From positions 14,550-78,549 of the forward strand of contig JAFDDA010000020.1 of NCBI GenBank assembly GCA_019311105.1: a stretch of DNA of 64,000 nt. The letters are read 5' to 3'. The DNA is from Deltaproteobacteria bacterium. Lineage in GTDB: Bacteria > Myxococcota_A > UBA9160 > JAFDDA01. The translations under genes were made by a program, and so were the position numbers. The first letter of the stretch is position 1. Each line of letters opens with the position of its first letter. The notes below the pieces were generated by a model that did no database searches, was not told the DNA's origin, and worked only from the letters and a program-made list of their open reading frames with translations. This document shows positions 18,040 to 27,861 of the stretch, piece after piece.

Positions 18040-19770
18040 TCGTCGTCGTCGTCGGGTGCGATGGGCAACACGACTCGAAAGCACGCGCCCGCACCGGGCT
18101 CGGACGACACTTCGAGCGTCCCGTCGTGGCGCTGCACGATCTCCGACGAGATCGCGAGGCCGAGCCCCGTCCCCTCCCCTTCCGGCTTCGTCGTGAAGAA
18201 GGGGTCGTAGATCCGGTCGAGGTGTTCGGCGGCGATTCCCGGGCCATCGTCTTCGATGCTGACGGTCACGGAATCCGCATCGCCCTGCGACCGGAGGGTG
18301 ATGCGCCCGCCTTCGTCGATCGCCTGGATCGCGTTGATCAGGAGGTTCAGGAAGACCTGCTTCAATTCCTGGCACGAGCAGCGGACGAGCGGCAGCTCGC
18401 CGAGTTCGGCTTCGATCCGGCCACCCTTGCGATTCTGAGCGCCCGCCACGCGCAGCACCGACCGCACGAGCTCGTTCAAGTCCTCGAGCTGGCGAGTGTC
18501 GCCCCCGGCTCGTGAGAGGCCCTTCACATCGCGCACGAAGCTCGCCGTGCGCTCGACGCCTTCCAGCGACTCCTCGATCAGCTCCTCGCCCTCGCGAATC
18601 AGCTCTCCGAGGGCGACCTCAGAGCCGAACCGGCTCGGGTCGGCGGCGTCGGCCAGGGTCTTCCAGTGGCTGCCGAGCAGCGAGAGGTTGGTGCGGATGA
18701 AGGCGAGCGGGTTGTTCACCTCGTGGGCGATGCTCGCGGCCAGCTCACCCACCGCCGCGAGGCGGCCGGACGTGATCAGGCGGTTGCGCAGGCCGGAAAC
18801 CTCGGTCTGATCCCGCACGACCAGCACCAGACCGATCGGGAAGCCGCGGCGATCCTGAACCACGGTCGAAGACAGCGCGACAGGCATCCACTGCCCGTCG
18901 GAGCGCCGCAGACGCGTCTCGGTGTCACGAACCTCACGCGGCGGTTCGACGGGCGCTTCCGGAATGGCGTCGCTGATGGCAAGGCCATTCAGGCCCTCCA
19001 ACGGCAAGTCGAGCAGCCGAGCCAGGGCCGCATTCGCGGTTCGGATGTGGCCATCGAGGCCGAGCAGCGCGACGCCTTCGGGCAGGATCGCGAGCATCTC
19101 CTGGCGGAACGTCCATGGCGCGGTCATCGAGTAGCCGAAGTAGAGGATGTTCCCGGAGAGGATCAGACCGAGCGCGGCCAGGGAGAGCGAGCCGAGGTGA
19201 AGCACGTGGATGCCGAGCATGGGCAGCACCGCATCGGTGGTCGAGGCGATGACGATCGGCACCCCGAGCGCCACGCCCAGCCAGATGCCTTGGCGCCGCT
19301 CACCCGGGCTGGCGTTGGCCAGATAGCCCGTGCGTGCCCAGGCGAAGCCGACGAGAACGTTGACCATGGCCCGTCGTGTAGGTCCAGCCCCAGGGCGTCT
19401 GGATCACGGACGCGTGCATCCACGGCGTTGCCCAGTCGATCGCCAGCAGACCGAGACCCACGGCGTAGCTGCCGCTCAGCCAGTGCCGACGTCGCGGATG
19501 AGGGTGAGGGTCGAGCTCGAGAAAGAGCTGCGCGGCGGAAGGGCCGAGCCATATCCACCCGACCGCCGAAGCCCGCACGAGGTTCAACACCGTATCGGGG
19601 TCGTCGCTGACGTTCCAAGCGATCTCGCAGAATGCCCAGAATGCGCCACCCACCAGGATCTGCGCAGCCGCCCGGCTCGTCCCGTACGCAGCCATCCGTG
19701 CGAACAGCATGCCCGCCGAAGCGGCACAGCCGACACAGGCCAGCATGGGAACGATCAGATACGGATGCAT
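18036..19770 (-). pseudogene. 7TM-PAS-HisKA-HATPase sensor histidine kinase, split by a frameshift near 19365-19373
   Basis: ORF 19300-19770 encodes TM helices 1-4. ORF 18036-19367 encodes TM5-7, PAS, the H-box SIAHEVNNPLAF and an ATPase domain. The two frames overlap, and deleting one base in GGGCC would join ...WGWTYTTG to MVNVLVGFAW. Confidence 0.6.
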
Positions 19771-19875
19771 CGGCGGTGAGGTCTCCCGCCCCTACATCGA
19801 CCGACCCGAGCTCGATCTTGAAAAAGTGATTCGACGGGTGCGACTTCGCGCGCCGGCTGCATCGGAATAAAAGGG

Positions 19876-20583
19876 CTAGAACAGACCCATCCGGTAGAAC
19901 ATCGAGTAGACCCGAGCGGCCACGATGCCGGCTTCGATCACCTTGTTCACCGTCTCGATGATCTCTTCGCGGATCGTGGTCTGCTCGGCCCATCCGCAGC
20001 CCATGAATTCGGCCCGTGCCTCGAGGCGCATGATCGTCGCCTGGAGGTTCTCGGCCCAGGGCTGATCGTCGCGCTCGATGGCCAGGCCGAGACGGAACTG
20101 ATAACGCGCGACCTGATTGGCCAGCACCACGCACTCGTTGCGGTCCTTCGAGACGGTGCAGTCCTCTTCCGCCTCGGTGAAGCGCTCGTCGTCTTCGCCT
20201 TCGACCTCGTTCACGGCGGCGTCGGGGACGCCGGCCCACCAGCCGTAGTCGGTCTCGTGGACCCAGCTGGCGCCTTCCTTCGCATCGTAGGCGGCGGATT
20301 CCGCGGCCGATGCGGCATCGGCGGCATCGTCGTGGACCCAGGAGTCGTCGACTTCGTGATGCCAGGAAGAGGCGCTGCTGTCGTGATGCCACGACGGCTG
20401 GTCGTCATGAAGCCAGCTCGAGCTGTTGCCCCGCGCCCAGTGGACGGAGGAACCCGGTTCTTCCTCGATCACAGTCGGCTCGACGGTGGTCGATTCGCCG
20501 ACGGGTCGACAGCGCTTGCGCGCCTCCGCGGAGGTCGGAACGAGCAGGCAGATCGCCAACATCAGCACGCCGGCGTACTTCAT
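19876..20583 (-). CDS. Secreted acidic repeat protein (five SW-x-H-[DE] repeats plus a Cys-x44-Cys module), uncharacterised
   Basis: MKYAGVLMLAICLLVPTSAEA signal. Repeats SWLHDD, SWHHDS, SWHHEVDD, SWVHDD and SWVHETD. The C-terminal ECVVLANQV...RLEARAEFMGC resembles genes 11012 and 11463. Start trimmed to ATG 20583. Confidence 0.6.
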   Translation of the reverse strand: MKYAGVLMLAICLLVPTSAEARKRCRPVGESTTVEPTVIEEEPGSSVHWARGNSSSWLHDDQPSWHHDSSASSWHHEVDDSWVHDDAADAASAAESAAYDAKEGASWVHETDYGWWAGVPDAAVNEVEGEDDERFTEAEEDCTVSKDRNECVVLANQVARYQFRLGLAIERDDQPWAENLQATIMRLEARAEFMGCGWAEQTTIREEIIETVNKVIEAGIVAARVYSMFYRMGLF

Positions 20584-20666
20584 GGTCGTCTCCAGGGGGC
20601 AAAGGCTGCACATCCATCGGCATCCCAGAGGCTCGACTGAAGTGGCAAGGGTCGCCCGGAAGGCCC

Positions 20667-20694
20667 TGAAAACGGGGCGGTTCCGAGCCGCCCC
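20667..20694 (-). terminator. Putative intrinsic terminator downstream of the GMC oxidoreductase
   Basis: On the minus strand, GGGGCGG-CTCGGAA-CCGCCCC (7-bp GC stem) is followed by GTTTTC. Confidence 0.45.
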
Positions 20695-20731
20695 AGGCCG
20701 TGATCCCTCTCACCGGGGGCTGGACCGGGCC

Positions 20732-22279
20732 CTAGGGGAGGCGGTCTTCGATCACACCGGCCTGGCGGTGGGCCAGGGCCATCCCCGTGAACATCGGGTT
20801 CACGGCCGAGCAGCGCGGGAAGATCCCGGTGTCGGCGATGTAGAGGTTCTCGAGGTCGTGGCACTGCCCGTCCTCATCCACCACGCCCTTCGTCGGATCG
20901 CCGTGCATCCGCGTCGTGCAGAAGACATGGTTGCCGCCGGTGACGATGTCGGTCGCGCGCATCTTCGTCTTGCGGATGGCCTCGGCTTCCTGGAGCGAAT
21001 TCATCTCTTCGGCGAGGCCGTGGATCCCGGTCTGGATCTTGCGCGCGCCCGCGGCGAAGAAGATCTCGGCGAGCACCCAGAAGGCGTGCTGCATGATCTT
21101 CACGTCGTCGTCGTGCAGGTGATATTTGAGTACTGGGTCCATGGAGCGGCGACGCGGCACGACCTTGCCGAGCGAGTTGTGGCAGCTCGTGATGGCGTCC
21201 CAGGTCGCAGAGTAAGGCACCTCGGCCAGGCGCTTCTTCAACTCGTAGCCGAAGCCCGGTGTGCGGACCGCGAGAACGGCCGGCGGTGCCCACAGCGTCT
21301 CGAGCTTGAAGCCCTGCTCGATGAACTGCAGCGACTGGTAGCCCTGGGTCGCGCCGAACTGGGGATGGGTGCGTTCGGGAAAGACCCCGGTGATGGCGAC
21401 CCCCGGGTGGAATTGGAGGTTCTCGCCCACCTGCCCGGAACGGTTCGCCAGGTTCCCGCTCTTGTGGAGGATCACCGGCGTCGCCACGCAACCGGCCGCC
21501 AACACCACCATGCGGGCGTTCACCCGGAAGCGCGCGCCGAGCTTGCCCGTGAAGGGTTCGACGACCCGACCCACCACCGCCTCGGCCCGGCGCCCGTTCG
21601 TCTCGACCTTCACCACCCGCACCGACGTCAGGACCCGGGCACCCAGGGCGATGGCGGCCGGGATGTAGGACACGTCCATGGATTGCTTCGCCCGGTTGCG
21701 GCAGCCCGTGAAGCATTCGCCGCTGCCCCGGCAGCCCCGGACGTTGCGCGGGATGGGCTCGCTCGAGTAGCCGAGTTCCTTGCAGCCGTCGCGGAAGCGC
21801 AGGTTCCGCGGGCCCTGCACGTCGTCGGGCGTTGGCGCGATGCCGAGGAAGTCGGCGACGGCATCGTAGTGGGGGTCGAGGTCCGCGAGGTGGGTGCGCG
21901 AGAGGTCGAACCGTGTGCACCAATCGTCCAGCACCTTTGCGGGCGCGCGCGGGCAGATCGCCGAATTCACCAAAGAGCCGCCGCCGAGCGCTATGGGCTG
22001 CATGGTGGGCATCACGTAGCCCCGCGTAGCCCGCAAGCCCCCCTCCCGCATGGTGCGGGCCATGGAGGCGGCGCCCTCGAGTACGAAGTCGTCCGGCGTA
22101 AAGGGCGGACCTTCTTCCAACAGGACGACCTTGCGACCAGCGCGGGCGAGCTCGTGGGTCACCACGGCGCCGGTCGGGCCCGAACCGACCACGACGACGT
22201 CCGCCTCCTCGACGAAGTCACCGTCGTAGTCCGCGAAGACGCGAACCTCGCCCTCGCCCGGCGTGGCGGTGACGCTCAT
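20732..22279 (-). CDS. GMC family FAD-dependent oxidoreductase (large subunit)
   Basis: MSVTATPGE...ADVVVVGSGPTGAVVTHELARAG FAD fold and the C-terminal GMC block. Its ATG overlaps the TGA of the upstream gene (ATGA at 22276-22279). Confidence 0.9.
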   Translation of the reverse strand: MSVTATPGEGEVRVFADYDGDFVEEADVVVVGSGPTGAVVTHELARAGRKVVLLEEGPPFTPDDFVLEGAASMARTMREGGLRATRGYVMPTMQPIALGGGSLVNSAICPRAPAKVLDDWCTRFDLSRTHLADLDPHYDAVADFLGIAPTPDDVQGPRNLRFRDGCKELGYSSEPIPRNVRGCRGSGECFTGCRNRAKQSMDVSYIPAAIALGARVLTSVRVVKVETNGRRAEAVVGRVVEPFTGKLGARFRVNARMVVLAAGCVATPVILHKSGNLANRSGQVGENLQFHPGVAITGVFPERTHPQFGATQGYQSLQFIEQGFKLETLWAPPAVLAVRTPGFGYELKKRLAEVPYSATWDAITSCHNSLGKVVPRRRSMDPVLKYHLHDDDVKIMQHAFWVLAEIFFAAGARKIQTGIHGLAEEMNSLQEAEAIRKTKMRATDIVTGGNHVFCTTRMHGDPTKGVVDEDGQCHDLENLYIADTGIFPRCSAVNPMFTGMALAHRQAGVIEDRLP

Positions 22280-22974
22280 TCGGCTCCCTCGCGGTAGGCA
22301 TGGTGGATGGGGCCGCCGATCTCGTGGGGGGTGCCGTCGCTCGGCGCGGTCGTCTCGTGATGGCGGATCTCCGAACGCGGCCGGCCGACGGGCGGATACA
22401 ACAGGTCGGCCGCGGCCACCGGCGAGGTGAACTCCAACGGAGCGAGGTCGAGCTGGCGCAGCACCGCAGGGTCGGCGAGATAGCCCATGGACATGATTGC
22501 CCGCAGGCTCGTGAAGACGAGCCGCCGCGGGAAGAACCCGCTCGACCGCCAGCCCTCGAGCACCGCCACCTGTTGATCGACCGAAAGCCCCGAAAAGCGC
22601 CTCCGCCCTCCCCGGCCCGGGGCAGGGAAGAAGAGCGTGGCCTGCTCGAACAACGCGAACAGCATCCGCATCAGCAGGCGGACACTGGACGGGACGCTCG
22701 CGACATAGTGATCGACGTAGGCCGGCACACCCGCCTCGGAGCCCGAAGGGGGGATCACACCGCCCGCCGGAAAGAGGGCGTCCGCCGTGGCGGCGACCAA
22801 GGCCCACTCGCGCGGGGCGAGAGCCTTCGTCGCCGGAGGGCGGACGTAACCACCGAACCAGCGCCGCAGGCCCCAGAAGGCGACAGCGAACAGCGCGGCG
22901 AACAACAGGAAGCGGGTCGGCACCCAGGCAGGATAACGCGCTGAAACTCGGGCTAAAGCCCCAGATGGAATCAA
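22276..22974 (-). CDS. Gluconate 2-dehydrogenase subunit 3-like small subunit of the GMC oxidoreductase
   Basis: One TM/signal segment, then DALFPAGGVIPPSGSEAGVPAYVDHYV, typical of this family. It is translationally coupled to the GMC gene. The start is uncertain (TTG 22974 or GTG 22923). Confidence 0.7.
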   Translation of the reverse strand: MIPSGALARVSARYPAWVPTRFLLFAALFAVAFWGLRRWFGGYVRPPATKALAPREWALVAATADALFPAGGVIPPSGSEAGVPAYVDHYVASVPSSVRLLMRMLFALFEQATLFFPAPGRGGRRRFSGLSVDQQVAVLEGWRSSGFFPRRLVFTSLRAIMSMGYLADPAVLRQLDLAPLEFTSPVAAADLLYPPVGRPRSEIRHHETTAPSDGTPHEIGGPIHHAYREGAE

Positions 22975-23026
22975 CCGATTCCCCGAGTCGAGATGAGCAA
23001 ACCGATTCCCCGAGTCGAGATGAGCA
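22973..23026. repeat. Perfect 27-bp tandem duplication in a divergent intergenic region
   Basis: AACCGATTCCCCGAGTCGAGATGAGCA occurs at 22973-22999 and identically at 23000-23026. Confidence 0.9.
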
Positions 23027-23078
23027 CACCGTCTGCCATGCGGCCCCCGTCCGCCGCCCCGCCCGTGGGAGGGAGGTC

Positions 23079-24566
23079 ATGAGCCCGCCCGCCCTGGCGA
23101 CGCTCGGGATCGCGGTCGTCTCGTTCACCTCCGGCGCCCTGCACGGCTGGATCCACTTCGCCCACCGGCGAGGCTCGGTCCATCTGTGGCATGCCCTCAC
23201 GGCCTTCGCCGTTTGCGGCCTGACCGCCTGCACGGCCATGCTCTACGGCGCCGAGACCCTGGAAGAAGGCAAGCGCTGGCAGAACGCGCAGATGATGTTC
23301 TCCGCGCCGCTGATCGTGGGGTTCTTCCACTTCACCTGGGAGTTCCTGGGCATCTCGCGCCGCCGCTGGATCCAGTGGCCGCTCTATAGCTTCGGCGCGC
23401 TGCTCTTCGTCAGCGCCGGCACCACGGACTGGCTCTTCGATCAACAGACGATCCGTACCCGCGTCCCGGCGCTCGGCCTCGACTACGTACGCGCCACGGC
23501 CACCGACTTCGGCGTTGCCGTGGTCGTGGCACTCGGCCTGGGGCTCGTCGGGGTCATCACGCTCTACATTCGGCACGCTCGCCGTGACGACCCGGACGTC
23601 CGCACACTCGCCGTGACGATCTCGGTCTTTTGCTTGACCGGCCTCATCGACCTCGGGCTCATCTTCGATCTGCACCGGCTGCCGATGTTGATCCCGGTCG
23701 GCTACCTCACCCTCGTGGTCGGGTTCTCCGGGCTGCTCGTCCGGCGCTTCGTGCAATCCGTCGAGTATTCCGAGGCCCTCGCCGAGAACCTCCATGAGTT
23801 GGTCGAGCGCCGCACGGCAGAGCTCCGCCAGAAGGACATCCAACTGGCCCATGGCGAGCGCATGGCGGTGGTCGGCACTCTGGCTGCCAGCGTGGCCCAC
23901 GAGATCAACAACCCCATGGCCTTCCTCTCCTCGAACCTCAACCGGCTGGAAGAACTCTGGCGCAAACCCGACGAGGGGAACGAAGAAGAAGCGATCGAGA
24001 TCCTCGGCGAATGCCAGGAAGGGGCCGACCGCGTACGGGCCACCGTGACGGAGCTGCTGAGCCTGGCTCGGCGAGACGAGCGGAGCCACGAACCCGTCGA
24101 CCTCCCCGAGGTCGTGGGCGCCGTGCTGCGAATGGTTCGCTACGAAGCGCGCGACCGCGCCGTGCTGGTGCGCGACCTCTCGAGCTGTCAGAGCTTCCAG
24201 GGCGACCGCCGCCTGATCGGGCAAGTCGTCCTGAACCTGCTGATGAATGGGCTCCAGGCCATCGCGGCCGGGCATCCCGAACGCAACCGCATCATCGTGC
24301 GGACGCGCGACCTCGGCGACCGCGTGCAGCTCCAGGTCGAAGACTCCGGCTGCGGGATCCCGGCCGGCTTCCAGAACGAGATCTTCGATCCCTTCTTCAC
24401 GACCAAGGCGCCAGGCGAAGGCACGGGGCTCGGCCTCGCCGTGACCCGCAAGATCGTGCGCGAACACCACGGCGAGATCGAGGTCCACAGTTCGAATCAG
24501 GGCACGCGGATGACGGTGGAGTTCCACACCGCGAAGTTCGCGCGCGCGCCCGAGCGCAGTCCCTAG
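23079..24566 (+). CDS. Multi-TM sensor histidine kinase (HisKA + HATPase_c), no adjacent response regulator
   Basis: GGGAGG SD and ATG 23079. Six to seven N-terminal TM helices, H-box SVAHEINNPMAF, and G-boxes DSGCGIP and GEGTGLGLAV. Confidence 0.85.
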   Translation: MSPPALATLGIAVVSFTSGALHGWIHFAHRRGSVHLWHALTAFAVCGLTACTAMLYGAETLEEGKRWQNAQMMFSAPLIVGFFHFTWEFLGISRRRWIQWPLYSFGALLFVSAGTTDWLFDQQTIRTRVPALGLDYVRATATDFGVAVVVALGLGLVGVITLYIRHARRDDPDVRTLAVTISVFCLTGLIDLGLIFDLHRLPMLIPVGYLTLVVGFSGLLVRRFVQSVEYSEALAENLHELVERRTAELRQKDIQLAHGERMAVVGTLAASVAHEINNPMAFLSSNLNRLEELWRKPDEGNEEEAIEILGECQEGADRVRATVTELLSLARRDERSHEPVDLPEVVGAVLRMVRYEARDRAVLVRDLSSCQSFQGDRRLIGQVVLNLLMNGLQAIAAGHPERNRIIVRTRDLGDRVQLQVEDSGCGIPAGFQNEIFDPFFTTKAPGEGTGLGLAVTRKIVREHHGEIEVHSSNQGTRMTVEFHTAKFARAPERSP

Positions 24567-24578
24567 AGCACGAGCGCG

Positions 24579-26099
24579 TTAGACCAGCTCCGCCCAGAGC
24601 GCGCGCTCGTCACCGAGCGGGTCGTCTTCGCGGCGGCACTCGGCGCCGAGGATCAGGGTCGTCCGGCGGGCTTCGTCGTAGGGCGCCCACTCCGGCAACC
24701 CGGCTGCGGCTGGCGTCCCCTCCTGAGCAAAAGCCAACCACGCGTCCTGCATGTGACGCGAGAGTTCGCGCGCCGCATCGCCATCGCCCACCAGCGCGCT
24801 CACCGACGCGTCGCCCGACAGGCCGAACACGAAGGGGATCTCGAGGGCGTGGCACGAACCGACCGCGCCATCGAGAGCCGGCGACGCCCAGGTGAACAGG
24901 TACATCCAGCACGGCAGCCCGCGGCGGTGTTGGCTCTCGGCCAGTCGGATCGCCGGCAGGCGGAAGTTCCGATCGGACTCGATGGCGAACCAGAGCTCGT
25001 GCGGCGCGGTGCTCGCCGAACGTTGCTCGCGCGCCGCGCGATAGCCCGCCACGAGCCGGCCCGCGTGGCCCTCGGGCAGGTTTCGCCCGCAACGTCGGAG
25101 CAGCGCTGCGTCGTCGAGCTCTCGCGCCTTGGGGTCGCCGAGACCAAAGAGCTTCCACTCGTCCAGGTTGGTGCCCACCAAGAGCGGGACCGCGGCTCCG
25201 CTGCCATCGCCGAGCGCCTCGTGAGGCGCTCGGGGCAGGATTCGGCCATCGACGGTCGGCTGATACGGGAGCCCGCGGTGGGCGAAACCGCCGACCGCCT
25301 GGACCGCCGCCTGGGCTTCGAGGACCCGCTCGACCGGAAGCTCGCGGAAGGCGCCGACATCCCCGGCATCGAGACCCAGCTCGCGCACCCAACGCTCGCT
25401 CATCTCGACGGCGCGATCGGCCGGGGATGCGTGGTGCGCCGCCCCGCTCTGCAGGATCGCGCGCTGGAAGAGCCCCGCGGCCGCCGGAGCCGCCAACAAG
25501 GCGCCGATACTCATGGCTCCGGCACTCTCGCCGAAGAGCGTCACTCGCTCGGGGTCGCCGCCGAAAGCGCGCGCGTTCTCGCGCACGAAGCGGAGCGCTT
25601 CGATCTGATCGAGCAGCCCCGCGTTGCCGAGGCTGCCGCCCTCTTCCCGCTCGAGGGCCGGAAGCGCCAGCCAACCGAGCGCGCCGAGGCGATAGTGCAG
25701 GTTCACCACCACCACATCGCCGCGTTGCACCAGGCCGACGGCATCGTAGACGGGCTGCGAGCCCGCACCGAAGGTGAAGCTCCCCCCGTGGATCCAGACC
25801 ATCACGGGCCGGCCCTCGCCGGACTCGGCGGGCGCCCAGACATCGAGCGTCAGGCAGTCTTCCGAGGTCTCCCCCGACGCCATGCCGAGCATGCGGGCCA
25901 CCGGGCCACCGTTCTGCGGTGCGGCGGGCGCCGACTCGCCGGCATCGCGAACCCCCGCCCAGGGTTCGACGGGCTGCGGCGGTCGGAAACGACGCGCGCC
26001 CACGGGCGGCGCGGCGTAGGGGATGCCGCGAAACGACCGCACCCCATCGACCACGCGGCCCCGGACCCGACCGGCACTGGTTTCGATGACGAGTTCCAT
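24579..26099 (-). CDS. Carboxylesterase type B (para-nitrobenzyl esterase-like)
   Basis: FRGIPYAAPPVG, WIHGGSF and the nucleophile elbow FGESAGA. Confidence 0.9.
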   Translation of the reverse strand: MELVIETSAGRVRGRVVDGVRSFRGIPYAAPPVGARRFRPPQPVEPWAGVRDAGESAPAAPQNGGPVARMLGMASGETSEDCLTLDVWAPAESGEGRPVMVWIHGGSFTFGAGSQPVYDAVGLVQRGDVVVVNLHYRLGALGWLALPALEREEGGSLGNAGLLDQIEALRFVRENARAFGGDPERVTLFGESAGAMSIGALLAAPAAAGLFQRAILQSGAAHHASPADRAVEMSERWVRELGLDAGDVGAFRELPVERVLEAQAAVQAVGGFAHRGLPYQPTVDGRILPRAPHEALGDGSGAAVPLLVGTNLDEWKLFGLGDPKARELDDAALLRRCGRNLPEGHAGRLVAGYRAAREQRSASTAPHELWFAIESDRNFRLPAIRLAESQHRRGLPCWMYLFTWASPALDGAVGSCHALEIPFVFGLSGDASVSALVGDGDAARELSRHMQDAWLAFAQEGTPAAAGLPEWAPYDEARRTTLILGAECRREDDPLGDERALWAELV

Positions 26100-26164
26100 C
26101 GGGGGCGCAGTGTAGCGGCGCCGCGCGGGGCAGCGTCCCCCGAGAAGACCGGTACCCTGCCGCC

Positions 26165-26941
26165 ATGAGCGACGAGCAGGTGGAGGCTGCAGAAGAAACC
26201 TGGCCCGACCCGAGGCTCGACTCGTTCTTCCAGCGCCCGCTGGGCGAGGTCCTCGAGGTTCGACCCCGAGGCGAGGGTGAGTTCGCGGCCCAGCTCGACG
26301 GCTTCGGCGGCGTCACCCTGGGCTGCGCGGCCCGAGCCGCGGCGCTGACCTGCCCGGGCCGCGATGCCCACTCGATCCATGCCCACTTCCTGCGCCCCGT
26401 CGCCACCGAGGGGCCGACACGATTCCATGTCGAGGTCGTGCGCGAGGGCCGCCGCTTTGCCCACCGGCGCGTGCTCGTCTTTGCGGGTGAGAAGCTCGCC
26501 TGCGAGTTGTTCGTTGGCTTCACGAGCGAGGCCGACGGCCCGAGTTACCAGGAAGCGGACCTGCCGGCCGACGTGCCGGCCCCGGAGACCCTCGAGAGCG
26601 ACGCCACCACCTGGCGCCGCGAGAACTGGGGCGACACGCCGACCGACGAGCCCCTCGAGTGGCGTTGGATCGGCGTGCCCTGGGACCCGGCCGAAGCCGA
26701 GCCCGGCTCGCTGTATCGAGGCTGGGTGCGGCCGCGCTTCGCGTTGCCCGACGAGCCCGCCGCCCACGTCGGCGCCATCGCCTTCCTGGCCGACTACCAC
26801 TCGCACATCCCGATCGCCCGAAAGATCGGCGGCCCCTACGACTCGAGCGGCGGCCGCGCCATGACTCGGCGCACCCTCCACACGCGCAGCGGTCAGCTCG
26901 TGGCGAGCATGACGCAGGAGATGTTGCTCACGGTGGGCTAA
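26165..26941 (+). CDS. Acyl-CoA thioesterase II-like (double hotdog)
   Basis: TesB-like blocks: ...HSIHAHFLRPV and ...FLADYHS; 258 aa. Confidence 0.8.
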   Translation: MSDEQVEAAEETWPDPRLDSFFQRPLGEVLEVRPRGEGEFAAQLDGFGGVTLGCAARAAALTCPGRDAHSIHAHFLRPVATEGPTRFHVEVVREGRRFAHRRVLVFAGEKLACELFVGFTSEADGPSYQEADLPADVPAPETLESDATTWRRENWGDTPTDEPLEWRWIGVPWDPAEAEPGSLYRGWVRPRFALPDEPAAHVGAIAFLADYHSHIPIARKIGGPYDSSGGRAMTRRTLHTRSGQLVASMTQEMLLTVG

Positions 26942-27792
26942 CCGCGGAAGGTCGGCTCCGTCCACCAGGGGTAGAAGTCGGGCATGTCCTCGGAGGGCCG
27001 CATGCTGAACTCCGGCGGCCGCTTCTCGAGAAAGCTCTGCACCCCTTCGTAGGCGTCGGGCGAGCGCCCCATGGCATAGATCGCCTGGGAGTCGACGCGG
27101 TGAGCCTCCATCGGGTGGTCAGCGCCGAGCATCTTCCACAACAGTTGACGCGAGAGCGCGATCGAAACGCCGCTCGTGTTGGCAGCGATCTCACGGGCAA
27201 GCTCGCGGGCCGTGGGGAGCAGATCGTCCGGGGGAACGACGCGCGAGACCAGCCGGCCCGCCAGGGCTTCCTCGGCCGGGAACACGCGGCCGGTGGCCAC
27301 CCACTCCATGGCCTGGTTGATACCGACCACCCGCGGCAGGAACCAACTGCTGCACGCCTCGGGCACGATCCCGCGGCGCGCGAAGACGAAGCCGAACTTG
27401 GCCTGATCGCTGGCGATGCGGATGTCCATGGGGAGGGTCATCGTGACGCCGACGCCGACAGCGGGGCCGTTGATCGCCGCGATCAATGGCTTCTTGCAGT
27501 CGAACAGGCGCAGGGTGACGCGCCCACCTCCATCGCGGTGCTCGTCGCTCTCCTCGCGGCTGCTGTTGTCGAACGTGTCGCCGCCGGTGCCGAGGTCGGC
27601 GCCGGCACAGAAGCCGCGGCCCGCTCCCGTGACGACGACGACGCGCACGTCGTCGTCCGTGTCGATCTCGTCCAGCAGCTCGAGCCAGTCGGACATCATC
27701 TGGTTGGTAAAGGCGTTCAGGCGATCGGGTCGGTTCAGCGTGACGGTCATCACGCCGTCGTCGACCTCGGTCAAGAGAGTCTCGTAGGGCAT
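26938..27792 (-). CDS. Enoyl-CoA hydratase/isomerase (crotonase) family protein
   Basis: VMTVTLNRPDRLNAF, GRGFCAGADL and AAINGPAVGVG oxyanion-hole motifs. Confidence 0.9.
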   Translation of the reverse strand: MPYETLLTEVDDGVMTVTLNRPDRLNAFTNQMMSDWLELLDEIDTDDDVRVVVVTGAGRGFCAGADLGTGGDTFDNSSREESDEHRDGGGRVTLRLFDCKKPLIAAINGPAVGVGVTMTLPMDIRIASDQAKFGFVFARRGIVPEACSSWFLPRVVGINQAMEWVATGRVFPAEEALAGRLVSRVVPPDDLLPTARELAREIAANTSGVSIALSRQLLWKMLGADHPMEAHRVDSQAIYAMGRSPDAYEGVQSFLEKRPPEFSMRPSEDMPDFYPWWTEPTFRG

Positions 27793-27861
27793 CGTTCGGC
27801 GCGGCTCCTCGGAAATGAGGCGATAGAATACACCCCCCTCGAACTCGAGCCTGGAGAACCC

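Noticed and set aside
20732-23239. 835-aa ORF read as a single gene
   Set aside because: Only the last 515 codons (from ATG 22279) match GMC oxidoreductases. The upstream part overlaps, in a different frame, the real small-subunit gene (22276-22974), which is coupled by ATGA.
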